In this document: in pieces, positions 26,546-35,186 of the stretch
How positions within the stretch are numbered: position 1 is the first letter of the stretch
Layout of the letters: each line of letters starts with the position of its first letter
Assembly (NCBI GenBank): GCA_002439805.1
Contig: DJPQ01000002.1
Span: 2,448 to 66,447 of the forward strand
Direction of reading: 5' to 3'
From: Bacteroidales bacterium UBA6408
GTDB taxonomy: Bacteria > Bacteroidota > Bacteroidia > Bacteroidales > UBA932
Length of the DNA stretch: 64,000 bases
Notes under the pieces: model-generated
What the model was told of the DNA's origin: nothing
The model's database searches: none
Seen by the model: only the letters and a program-made list of their open reading frames with translations
Made by a program: the position numbers and the translations under genes

Positions 26546-29500
26546 CTAGAATTGAATGTCGATGCCTGCCACAATTGCTCTTGACGGGGCGTATGAATAT
26601 GACACGCTTCCGGTGAAGTTATATTGTGGATCCATACCGTCAAGATGATTGAACATGGCGATATTGTCGGCGGTGAGGAAGAGCCTCAGAGCGCTGATTC
26701 CCACCTTTGACAGCAAGTTCTTAGGGAATGTGTAGCCGAGAGTGATGTTCTTGATGGCGAAATATGACGCGTTGATGAGGGCAGAGTCATTCGCCGGGGC
26801 AGATCCACCGATCTCCACCATAGGAACATCGGTCACATCACCCGGCTGCCGCCATCTGCGCAGGACATTCTTGTGCCAGTTGTTCCCGGCGTACTGCACG
26901 TTCATGGCGCCTGAATAAAGTCCGTCATAGACCTTGCCTCCGATGGACCAGGTGGTCAGGAAGGAGAGGTCGATGTTCTTGAATATCACGAAACTCGATC
27001 CGAGGCTTCCTGACACGGACGGCTCTCGGCTTCCCATGTAGTACTTGCTCAGGGACGCAAGAGAGACGTTGTCAGTCACATATTCATCACACCTGACATT
27101 GCTGACTGCTCCCGACTCGTCCACTCCTCTTTTCCAATAGGCATAGTAGAGGCGCTTTCCGGTGGCCGGATCGACACCGGCGGTCTTTGAAAGGTAAAAG
27201 GTGTATATCGGCTTTCCGACCTCGATGACCGAGGCACCGGCGCTGATGAAGTCCTGTGATGAGGTGAGACTCGTGACCTTGTTGCGATTCAGCGAGGCCA
27301 TAGCGTTGACGTCCCACCTGAAGTTCGGTTTGTCGATGACGTTCACCCTCCCGGAGAACTCGAATCCCTGATTTCGCATCGAGCCGACATTGGCATCGTA
27401 GCCGGTGAAGCCGGTCGAGATAGCCAGAGGGTTCTCAAGCAGCATGTCACGGGTGTTGCGGTTGTAATATTCAGCGGTGAAAGTCACCTTCCCGCCGAAG
27501 ATGGAGGCTTCGATTCCGGCGTTGAGATTACCGTTCTTCTCCCATGTGATTGCCTTGTTCTCAAGTTTTGAGGCGAAGGCTCCCGCCTCGCTTCCGTTAG
27601 CCCACGTGTAGTCGTAAAGGCCTTGCCAAGCATAGTAAGTCCCGAGGTTGTCATTGCCCTGCACTCCGTAGGAGACCTTGACGGTCAGGTTGCCAAGCCA
27701 TGAGGAGAATCGCTCCATGAACTTTTCCTGCGACATTCTCCAGGACGCCCCGACCGACCAGAAGTTACCCCAACGGCCTGACTTGTGAAACCTTGAGGAA
27801 CCGTCCGTACGCCAACTGGCATCGAAGTAGTAGCGGTTCCTGAAGCCGTAGTTCAACCTTGTGAACCAGGATTCGATGGCGTAGTTATTTGAATAGCTGG
27901 AGTTGCCTGAGGTCGTGACGGCAGGATCCAGTTCATCGATTCCGTCCATGATTCCGGTTTTCTCTCCCATCGCGTAGTTGAACCTGTAGCGGTAATATTC
28001 ATGACCGAGCAGAACCTTGACATCGTGGTCGGAAAACATACGGTCGTAGTTAAGAATCTGATTGAAGGTGTAGCTGAGGGTGCGGGTGTTGGTCTTGCTC
28101 AGACGGCCTCCCTGATCGGCGGCGTTGCCGTGGTACTTGTCGTTCGTGATTGTGCGCTGGTAGTCGTTGAAGTCGGTTCCCAGGTTCACTGTCAGCCTCA
28201 AACCGTAGAGCAGGGCATCCTTTCTGACGGTTCCTAAAGTGATGTATGATCTGGCCGACAATGTGTTGCGGTAGTAGTACGCCTTATTGTTGTAGAGCTC
28301 GGCCCTGGAATTGAAGCCCTGGGCGACAGGACGGTTGGCGTAGCCGTTGTCATCCTCGTCACCATATTCATACTGAAGGTTTCCGGCTTCGTCAAGCACA
28401 TTGTTTCCTTCCATATCCTTGAGATATACCGGATAGACCGGAGCCATGAACTGTGCCGTGTACCAGACGTTAGAAGTCGTGGAGCCGGAGAAGTTCTGGT
28501 AGTCGGCTTTCGTGTGCGAGTAGTTCGCGCTCATTCCCACCTTCATCCATGAGTTCGCCTGTGAGTCCACATTGACCCTGCCCGTATAGCGGTTGAAGTC
28601 CGTGTTCTGGAGAATACCATTCTCCTTGTAATAACCCATCGAGACGAGGTAGTTGATCTTCTCTGTCGCTCCGTTCAGGGAGAAGATATGCTCCGTACGC
28701 AGGGCAGCGTTGTCACTGATCTCGTTCATCCAGTTCTCGTTCCAGGCGGCCTCAGCGTCTTCTTTGACCTTGCCGGTGTCCGGGTCGATGAGGGTTGACC
28801 AGGTGTAGTTCTTGTACGGGTTGTAATATTCGGGATTCTTCAGACCGCCGATAGCCTGGCCGAGGTTGGCTGCGGCGTATGCACTTGCGCCCTCGAAATC
28901 CATTCCGACGCCGTACTGTGCGCTGTTCCTTAGAGATTCGTAGGTCAGCTCCACGAAATCGTCCATTCCCACAAGGTCGTAACGCTTCAGGGAACGTGAG
29001 GCGACTCCAGCGCTGCCCTTATAGCTGACAACCGAACGTTCTCCGCTGCCTTTCTTGGTGGTGATGACGATGACACCGTTTGCACCTCGCGCGCCGTAGA
29101 GCGCGCCTGCGGAAGCGTCCTTAAGCACCGTCATGGACTCAACGTCAGCCGGATTGATGGCGCTGAGCGAGCCGTCGTAGGGTATTCCGTCCACAACGTA
29201 CAGAGGTGTCGAGACCGCGTTGATGGATCCGATGCCCCGGATCATTATCGAGGCGCCCTCGCCAGGCTGTCCGCCTCCTGACGTGACCTGAAGTCCCGCC
29301 ACTGTCCCCTCGATGGATTTGGTGATGTTGCCGGTCACCCTTTTCTGGAGTTCATCGCCTTTCACAACGGAGGCTGAACCGGTGAAACTGCTCTTCTTGG
29401 CGGTTCCGTATGCGACCACCATAACCTCTCCGATCTCGTCATCAATGACATCCTCCTGAAGTACCACATCAATCACGGATTTGCCCGCAACGTGGATCTC

Positions 29501-29764
29501 CCGGGTAACATAGCCGATGCTGGAGAATGTCAGGACGGCGTCTGAAGGAATCCCTGAGATCGCCCAGGTTCCGTCTGCGCCCGTGACCGTGCCGGTCGCG
29601 GTTCCCTCAATGAAGACTCCGACTCCTATCAGCGGGATATTTCCGCTGTCTGTAACCTTTCCTTTCACATTGATGTTCTGAGCATTGGCTGCCAGAACGC
29701 AGAGAAAGGCCAGCAGAACGGCGATGATTATTCTCTTTATGCTATTTCTCATAATTTGTTCCAA
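26546..29764 (-). CDS. SusC/RagA family TonB-linked outer-membrane transporter
   Basis: 1072 aa: signal peptide, carboxypeptidase-regulatory-like domain (INVKGKVTDSGNIPLIGVGVFIEG), plug (VVAYGTAKKSSFTGSASVV; GIGSIN..TPLYVVDGIPY), beta-barrel ending ...AGIDIQF. No STN domain, so no anti-sigma signalling head. Confidence 0.93.
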   Translation of the reverse strand: MEQIMRNSIKRIIIAVLLAFLCVLAANAQNINVKGKVTDSGNIPLIGVGVFIEGTATGTVTGADGTWAISGIPSDAVLTFSSIGYVTREIHVAGKSVIDVVLQEDVIDDEIGEVMVVAYGTAKKSSFTGSASVVKGDELQKRVTGNITKSIEGTVAGLQVTSGGGQPGEGASIMIRGIGSINAVSTPLYVVDGIPYDGSLSAINPADVESMTVLKDASAGALYGARGANGVIVITTKKGSGERSVVSYKGSAGVASRSLKRYDLVGMDDFVELTYESLRNSAQYGVGMDFEGASAYAAANLGQAIGGLKNPEYYNPYKNYTWSTLIDPDTGKVKEDAEAAWNENWMNEISDNAALRTEHIFSLNGATEKINYLVSMGYYKENGILQNTDFNRYTGRVNVDSQANSWMKVGMSANYSHTKADYQNFSGSTTSNVWYTAQFMAPVYPVYLKDMEGNNVLDEAGNLQYEYGDEDDNGYANRPVAQGFNSRAELYNNKAYYYRNTLSARSYITLGTVRKDALLYGLRLTVNLGTDFNDYQRTITNDKYHGNAADQGGRLSKTNTRTLSYTFNQILNYDRMFSDHDVKVLLGHEYYRYRFNYAMGEKTGIMDGIDELDPAVTTSGNSSYSNNYAIESWFTRLNYGFRNRYYFDASWRTDGSSRFHKSGRWGNFWSVGASWRMSQEKFMERFSSWLGNLTVKVSYGVQGNDNLGTYYAWQGLYDYTWANGSEAGAFASKLENKAITWEKNGNLNAGIEASIFGGKVTFTAEYYNRNTRDMLLENPLAISTGFTGYDANVGSMRNQGFEFSGRVNVIDKPNFRWDVNAMASLNRNKVTSLTSSQDFISAGASVIEVGKPIYTFYLSKTAGVDPATGKRLYYAYWKRGVDESGAVSNVRCDEYVTDNVSLASLSKYYMGSREPSVSGSLGSSFVIFKNIDLSFLTTWSIGGKVYDGLYSGAMNVQYAGNNWHKNVLRRWRQPGDVTDVPMVEIGGSAPANDSALINASYFAIKNITLGYTFPKNLLSKVGISALRLFLTADNIAMFNHLDGMDPQYNFTGSVSYSYAPSRAIVAGIDIQF

Positions 29765-31670
29765 ATATGTTCATATTATGGATGATTGTCCACAGGTCTT
29801 CGGTTGTGGCCGGAGCCTCGAAGACCGGAATGGCTTCCACGCCGTCAAGCCTCAGCCCGACAGGAGAAGCCTCGGCGTTTGCAGCCAGGTTCACAGAGGC
29901 CATCGCGGCCCTTGTCCTTGCCGCCTGCGTCTGAGCTGCCGCGGTGGTCACTGACGCATGCTTTGTGAGCTTGTCTCCCGCCTTGTTCACGACAGTGGCC
30001 ATCACTGTGTAGGATGTCTGCGGTTCCACGTCGACGACAAGGGCGAGTCCATTTCCGTTGATATACTCAAGGTATGACTCCTTAAGTTCTGTTCCTTTGT
30101 CCGCGATGAGAGCAGGGTAGGAAGACTCCGGAATGTCGGCAAGAGCTGATGTCTTGATGATGATCAGTTTGCCGGAAGCTATTCCGGCTCCTTTCAGAAC
30201 GCAGGCCATCTTGCTGGAGGTAGGACCGTATTTCTCATTGACCAGAGCGGCGATTGAGAACCAGGTGTAGGCCTCGCTTGTAGTCTTTGTCGTAATCGAG
30301 TTGACGGTCAGTTCTTCTTCGCCCGAGGCGGATGTCGCCAATGCTGACATTGTGTAGGAGACGCCGGAGTTGCATGGAGTCACTGAATTGTAGCCGTCTG
30401 ATGAGTTCACAAGCTCAAGATAGTTTTCCCCGACAGCGTAACTGTAGGACGGGTCTCTCAGGAAAGCCTTAACGGCCTCCTTGTCGTAAGGATCGCTGAA
30501 GACATCGTTGAAAGTCGAGGTCGGGAGAAGCCGGTAGCGGATACTTTGGACATCCTGCCCTTTCCAGGTGGTCCAGACGGAATTCGTCCATCCGTAGCCG
30601 GCAATTCCAAGATATGCGTTAGTGATGTAAAAATTCTGGCTGAACCAGCCGGATCCTCCGTAGTTCGGGCCGGAGGACCATCCGGTGGCTGTCGTGGTGA
30701 TCCTTTTTTTATATAGGACGGTAGTGACGTTGCCGTCGTAGTCCATGCCGAAGGCGATTATGTCGTAACTCATCTCGGAGGCAAGGCTTGACACACCTAT
30801 GGTGTTTGTTCCGACCTTAAGTACGGAAGCCATCGCGAGCTTAAGGCTGATGCCCTTGCTTTTCGCATACTCGATGATCGCGGCTCTATACCTTTCGATG
30901 ACAGTCGCTTCGTCAAACTGCATCAAAGTCGAGGATGACACCACATCGTAGTAATAGGTTGCGTCAGGTGTCGCATAGACATCGAAGACAACAGCGTCCG
31001 CAAGAACATTCTCAGGGACGATCATCAAGACCGGGACATCCTCGGACGATGTCGTAAAACTAGTCCGGGCGGATTCTGAGGCCGTGCTGCCGCTTTCCGA
31101 CGGGATGGCCCTGACAGTGAATATGTACTCGGTTCCCTTTGCAAGATTTGAGAGTGTGACACGATTCTCTGTCGTCGTTCCGCTGATTTCGCCGAGGGTA
31201 TATTCATAACTTCCTGCTCCCGGAATGACGCTCCAGCTTATGATTGTCTTGGATGCATATGTGCTCCCGACTGTAATCTCCGGCTTCTCAAGCTGGCCCA
31301 CGTCAGATGTGCGGACATGAATATAGACAGGCTCGGAGGATGTCTTTGAACTTTCTTTTGCCGGTTCCGCCTGAATCTTGACTACATATTCCCTGGAAGC
31401 TTCCAGTCCGTTGAATGTCAGGAACAAGGACGTGGTCGAACCCGTCTCTGCGCCGTCGAGGGCGTAGCTATAATTCTCAGCCCCATATACTTTGGCCCAA
31501 TCGACCCGGAAGCTTGAAACAGTCACTTCGCTGACTTTGACCGCAGGCGTTTTCAGAGTTTCGCTCAAAATCTCTTCCTTTGTCTCGGACACGCATCCGA
31601 CGAGCAGGAAGAGAACCGATGACGCAGCCATCACGAAGGCTGACTTTATCATTATTGAAGTATTCATCAT
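29742..31670 (-). CDS. surface lipoprotein with N-terminal fibronectin-type-III repeats
   Basis: Lipobox FLLVGC-VSETKEE. Two FN3-like modules (VSSFRVDWAKVYGAENYSYALDG...; TIISWSVIPGAGSYEYTL...YIFTVRA). The ATG overlaps the stop of the S8 peptidase gene. Confidence 0.6.
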   Translation of the reverse strand: MMNTSIMIKSAFVMAASSVLFLLVGCVSETKEEILSETLKTPAVKVSEVTVSSFRVDWAKVYGAENYSYALDGAETGSTTSLFLTFNGLEASREYVVKIQAEPAKESSKTSSEPVYIHVRTSDVGQLEKPEITVGSTYASKTIISWSVIPGAGSYEYTLGEISGTTTENRVTLSNLAKGTEYIFTVRAIPSESGSTASESARTSFTTSSEDVPVLMIVPENVLADAVVFDVYATPDATYYYDVVSSSTLMQFDEATVIERYRAAIIEYAKSKGISLKLAMASVLKVGTNTIGVSSLASEMSYDIIAFGMDYDGNVTTVLYKKRITTTATGWSSGPNYGGSGWFSQNFYITNAYLGIAGYGWTNSVWTTWKGQDVQSIRYRLLPTSTFNDVFSDPYDKEAVKAFLRDPSYSYAVGENYLELVNSSDGYNSVTPCNSGVSYTMSALATSASGEEELTVNSITTKTTSEAYTWFSIAALVNEKYGPTSSKMACVLKGAGIASGKLIIIKTSALADIPESSYPALIADKGTELKESYLEYINGNGLALVVDVEPQTSYTVMATVVNKAGDKLTKHASVTTAAAQTQAARTRAAMASVNLAANAEASPVGLRLDGVEAIPVFEAPATTEDLWTIIHNMNIFGTNYEK

Positions 31671-33568
31671 TCCACAGTCACATTTATGGTTCTGACGGAC
31701 TGGTTGCCGTCAGTAATCCTGATTACGGTCTTGCCCGTGGCCACGCCCTTGATTGTCAGGATACCGCCATTGAGTTTGACTTCCACTATTCCCTGTGCCG
31801 CCACTGAATATGTCAGCACGTCTGTCTTGTAGAAATAATCAGAAAGATTGACGTCCACCTCGCTTCCGCTGCTGACTGTGATGTCTGGAATCATGGCGAC
31901 TTTCTTCACGGCCAGAAGAAGCTGGTAGGTATCCAGTGAGCCTGCGCCCATATTCCCGAAATATGGAGCTTCGCAGAACGGATCAACCGGGGTGACACTG
32001 GAAAGCAGCGCTTCCTTCAGCATCTCGCCGGTCAGCCCTTTTTTCTTGTCGTCCCCGTAGTACCAGCTGACGGCGAGCGCACAGGCTCCGGAGACGTGCG
32101 GACAGGCCATTGATGTTCCGTTGATCCCCTCGTAGGCTGAGCCTCCGTCCTCGGCCACGCTTGTGCTGTAGACTCCGCCGTAGGTCGAGTTGAGAGAGAG
32201 GTCACCGCCCGGGGCGGAAAGGCTGACCCATTTGCCGTAGTTCGTGAAATAGGACGGCGTTCCGAGCCAGGAAGTGGCTGCAACACTGACCACAGCCTCG
32301 TCAGATGCAGGGTAGCAGAGCTCGTCAGAAGCGTCGTTGCCCGCCGCAAAGACCACGATTCCGCCGGCCATAGGTCCTTCCTGCTCCCCGTTCTCGTCCA
32401 GTCCCGCATACTTTATGAAGTAGCGGATGGCATCAGCGAGAGCCGAGTAATTTCCTCTGTTCCAGTCATTCTTTGACAACGTCCCGGCCGTATAGCCCCA
32501 GCTGTTCTGGCAAATCACCGCTCCGTTGTCGGCCGCATACTTGATCGCGCGCACCTGCGCACCGAGTCCGCCCCCTGAGTTTCCTGACTCAGACGCTCCG
32601 AGAGTCTCGCAGGACATAATCCTGACTCCGTCACCGTTGCCTGATCCTCCTGCTATTCCGTTGACACCGATCCCGTTGTTGTTGACTGCAGCGATGGTTC
32701 CGGCGACGTGCGTTCCGTGCATATTCTCGGAAGAGAAAGTCAGTTTGCCTTTGTTGTCGGTGAAGTTGAACCCATAGACATCATCGATGTAGCCGTTGCC
32801 GTCATCATCGATTCCGTTGTCCGGAATCTCGCCCTCGTTAATCCACATATTAGCCGCAAGATCCTCATGGTCGTATTTCACGCCCTGGTCCACGACGGCG
32901 ACGATCACATCCGGATTTCCGGTGCACAGCCGCCATGCTGCATAGACATCAGCATCCGCTCCCACAACTGTAGAGTTAGAATAGACATTGCCCGGATTGT
33001 TGTAGTGCCACTGCATCCTCTGCGAACGAAGGCTCTCATTGAACGGAAAAGGAACATTCCTTACCGAAGAATACGCCTTCGTGGCAACCGGCTCTTCAGA
33101 TTCGGCCGCCGCAGCCTTTGAAAATGACGCCGCAGCCGTAGGTATAGAATATTCAACGACTTCCACCCCGTCGCATCCCGAGAGCATTTCAGCAACTTCC
33201 CTGGCAGGGATGGTCTCATCGTACTTGGCGATGAACCATCTGTCCAGACCTTCCTTTTTCGTCCGTACCTCAAACCGTCCGCACGCAGGGAACAGGCGCT
33301 CGAAGCTGACCGAGCCGACAGTCATCAGAACCCTGTCGATCTGAGTATTGCCGGAGGTCAAGCCTCCTGCCCTTGTGATTGCCCCGGCTTCGGCTCCGGC
33401 TTTCATCTTCACTATGATTTCACCTTGAATCGCCGCGTCCGGTGAAAACACAACGATAGGCCCGCTGTCTTCCGATTCGGGCCTATTGTTTTCATTCCCA
33501 CCGATTCCGTTGCACCCCACCAGCATCACGAGCAGCGGAGTGATTGCCAAGAATCTGTTTTTCATCAT
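31667..33568 (-). CDS. S8 family (subtilisin-like) serine peptidase lipoprotein
   Basis: Catalytic triad contexts VAVVDQGVKYDHEDL (Asp), HGTHVAGTIAAVNNNG (His) and GTSMACPHVSGACALA (Ser). Lipobox MLVGC-NG. Ig-like C-terminal domain. Confidence 0.87.
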   Translation of the reverse strand: MMKNRFLAITPLLVMLVGCNGIGGNENNRPESEDSGPIVVFSPDAAIQGEIIVKMKAGAEAGAITRAGGLTSGNTQIDRVLMTVGSVSFERLFPACGRFEVRTKKEGLDRWFIAKYDETIPAREVAEMLSGCDGVEVVEYSIPTAAASFSKAAAAESEEPVATKAYSSVRNVPFPFNESLRSQRMQWHYNNPGNVYSNSTVVGADADVYAAWRLCTGNPDVIVAVVDQGVKYDHEDLAANMWINEGEIPDNGIDDDGNGYIDDVYGFNFTDNKGKLTFSSENMHGTHVAGTIAAVNNNGIGVNGIAGGSGNGDGVRIMSCETLGASESGNSGGGLGAQVRAIKYAADNGAVICQNSWGYTAGTLSKNDWNRGNYSALADAIRYFIKYAGLDENGEQEGPMAGGIVVFAAGNDASDELCYPASDEAVVSVAATSWLGTPSYFTNYGKWVSLSAPGGDLSLNSTYGGVYSTSVAEDGGSAYEGINGTSMACPHVSGACALAVSWYYGDDKKKGLTGEMLKEALLSSVTPVDPFCEAPYFGNMGAGSLDTYQLLLAVKKVAMIPDITVSSGSEVDVNLSDYFYKTDVLTYSVAAQGIVEVKLNGGILTIKGVATGKTVIRITDGNQSVRTINVTVE

Positions 33569-33581
33569 TGATTGTCAAAAT

Positions 33582-35165
33582 TTACTCCTTCACACATCTT
33601 ACCTGGCCTGAATAGACCTGCGCTCTTGTCTCGTAGTATGCCCAGTAACCGTTGAATGCAGCCACATAGTACTCGCAGCTCTGATTCTCCTTTTCGGAAT
33701 CATAAGTCTTTTCCTGACTTGTCAGGTAGAACGTCTGGCCGCTCGCATAGTTGTAAGGTGTTGTTCCTGCCGGGGAATATGCCAGCGGATAGATGTTTCC
33801 TGCCATTGGGTAGAAATCACCTGTCTGTCTCCATACGCGTCCACATCCGTTCTCCCTGTTCCACAGGAACTCGTTGTTTACCCCGGTCTCATCATAGTCA
33901 CCATGCTTGCCGCCGGTCTTGATGTTCTCATCGCCGACTGCCTTGCCCCACATATTCTTGCCCGGGACCTTATAGCCCGGAGGACATGGGTCGAAGATGG
34001 TCTTTTCCTCACCCCAAAGTCCCGGTTGTACGCTGTCCTCATCGCTTGAGTCGATGTACCACGAATAGCTTGTTGAAAAATAACCTACAAGAAATCTCAT
34101 CGGATGTTCTGATGCGAACGGGATATTGCCCGGGGCTGCGAATGAGGCCTTTGCCTTGAACTTTGTGTCCATTTCCCACTCTCCGGTGCCGTCACCGATC
34201 TCTTTGTTCGGCCTGTTCCATTCAGACTTGTTGGCGCAATAAATGCCTACTGCGCTGTCATAGTCCGTGATGCCACTGTAATCGGCATAAGGTGAACGAG
34301 ACGGGATGAACGGATCTTTCCTGCCCATCTGATAGATCATTCCCCTGTTGTCTATGTCCATCGGCGTGTTGTTGAGCGCGCCCAGATTCCGGTCCATGAT
34401 CTGAGCTATGACATTGCCTTCCGGGCCTATGTGGTCATGTACATTAAGGTCATTGTTCGTGACCCAGATGTGCCAGCTCCAGAGAACCTTGCCCTTGGCA
34501 TTCTTGACAGCGATCAGGGCATTGCCCTCGCTTCTTCCGGTAGAGAATGAAATGTAGCCTCTATTGTAGGAAGGAGTACCTTCGATAATTTCGTAGGACA
34601 TTGTGCGGTCTCCGTCGTTCCTGGCTTCCCAGAGGAGTTCCGCATAGGCGACATCCTTGATCTCAAGTCCCGCTGTCTCGATGTACTTGCTTTTTCCGTC
34701 CTTGCCACCATTGCCTTTGATGTCAGCGCGGAACTTGTAAGAGCCGCTGGTGTGTGCGATGTAACAGTTTGCCGTCCCGTCGACGCTGAGGTCTGCGGCG
34801 TCATCGCTTCTTTGGGTGATTTTAAGTGTGACCTCCTTTGTCTCATCGCCTCTGACGGCCGTAACCTTTATGTCATCGGTCTTCATGGAACCGCTGTTTA
34901 CCGGAGCCTCGACAACGAGGCAGTCGGCATCGTCACTGACTGCGAACCAATCTCCGGACTGGACCGTGTAGCTCCAACTCTCGGCGTTTGTCGCCATTGT
35001 GACGACAGCCTTGCCGCCTTCCTTGTCAAAGACAATCTTAGAGTCTGATGATTGAAGAAAAAGCGGGGCCTGATAGGTTTCTGGCTCAATCTTCTTTATC
35101 TCAGTGCATCCGGCTGCCGCAATGCCGGCTGCCAGAATCGATGTTATGATATATTTAAGTTTCAT
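33582..35165 (-). CDS. BACON-domain lipoprotein with C-terminal FISUMP/DUF1566-like (C-type-lectin-fold-like) domain
   Basis: Lipobox AAAGC-TEI and a BACON-like N-terminal module. The C-terminal part shares ordered motifs with the ORF at 61437..63401 (ANCYI..SGSYKF; NALIAVKNAKGKVLWSWHIW; MDRNLGA; GRKDPF; DPCPPGYKVP; VRCVKE). Confidence 0.62.
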   Translation of the reverse strand: MKLKYIITSILAAGIAAAGCTEIKKIEPETYQAPLFLQSSDSKIVFDKEGGKAVVTMATNAESWSYTVQSGDWFAVSDDADCLVVEAPVNSGSMKTDDIKVTAVRGDETKEVTLKITQRSDDAADLSVDGTANCYIAHTSGSYKFRADIKGNGGKDGKSKYIETAGLEIKDVAYAELLWEARNDGDRTMSYEIIEGTPSYNRGYISFSTGRSEGNALIAVKNAKGKVLWSWHIWVTNNDLNVHDHIGPEGNVIAQIMDRNLGALNNTPMDIDNRGMIYQMGRKDPFIPSRSPYADYSGITDYDSAVGIYCANKSEWNRPNKEIGDGTGEWEMDTKFKAKASFAAPGNIPFASEHPMRFLVGYFSTSYSWYIDSSDEDSVQPGLWGEEKTIFDPCPPGYKVPGKNMWGKAVGDENIKTGGKHGDYDETGVNNEFLWNRENGCGRVWRQTGDFYPMAGNIYPLAYSPAGTTPYNYASGQTFYLTSQEKTYDSEKENQSCEYYVAAFNGYWAYYETRAQVYSGQVRCVKE

Positions 35166-35186
35166 ATCGCTTGTCTTTTTTCCTGA

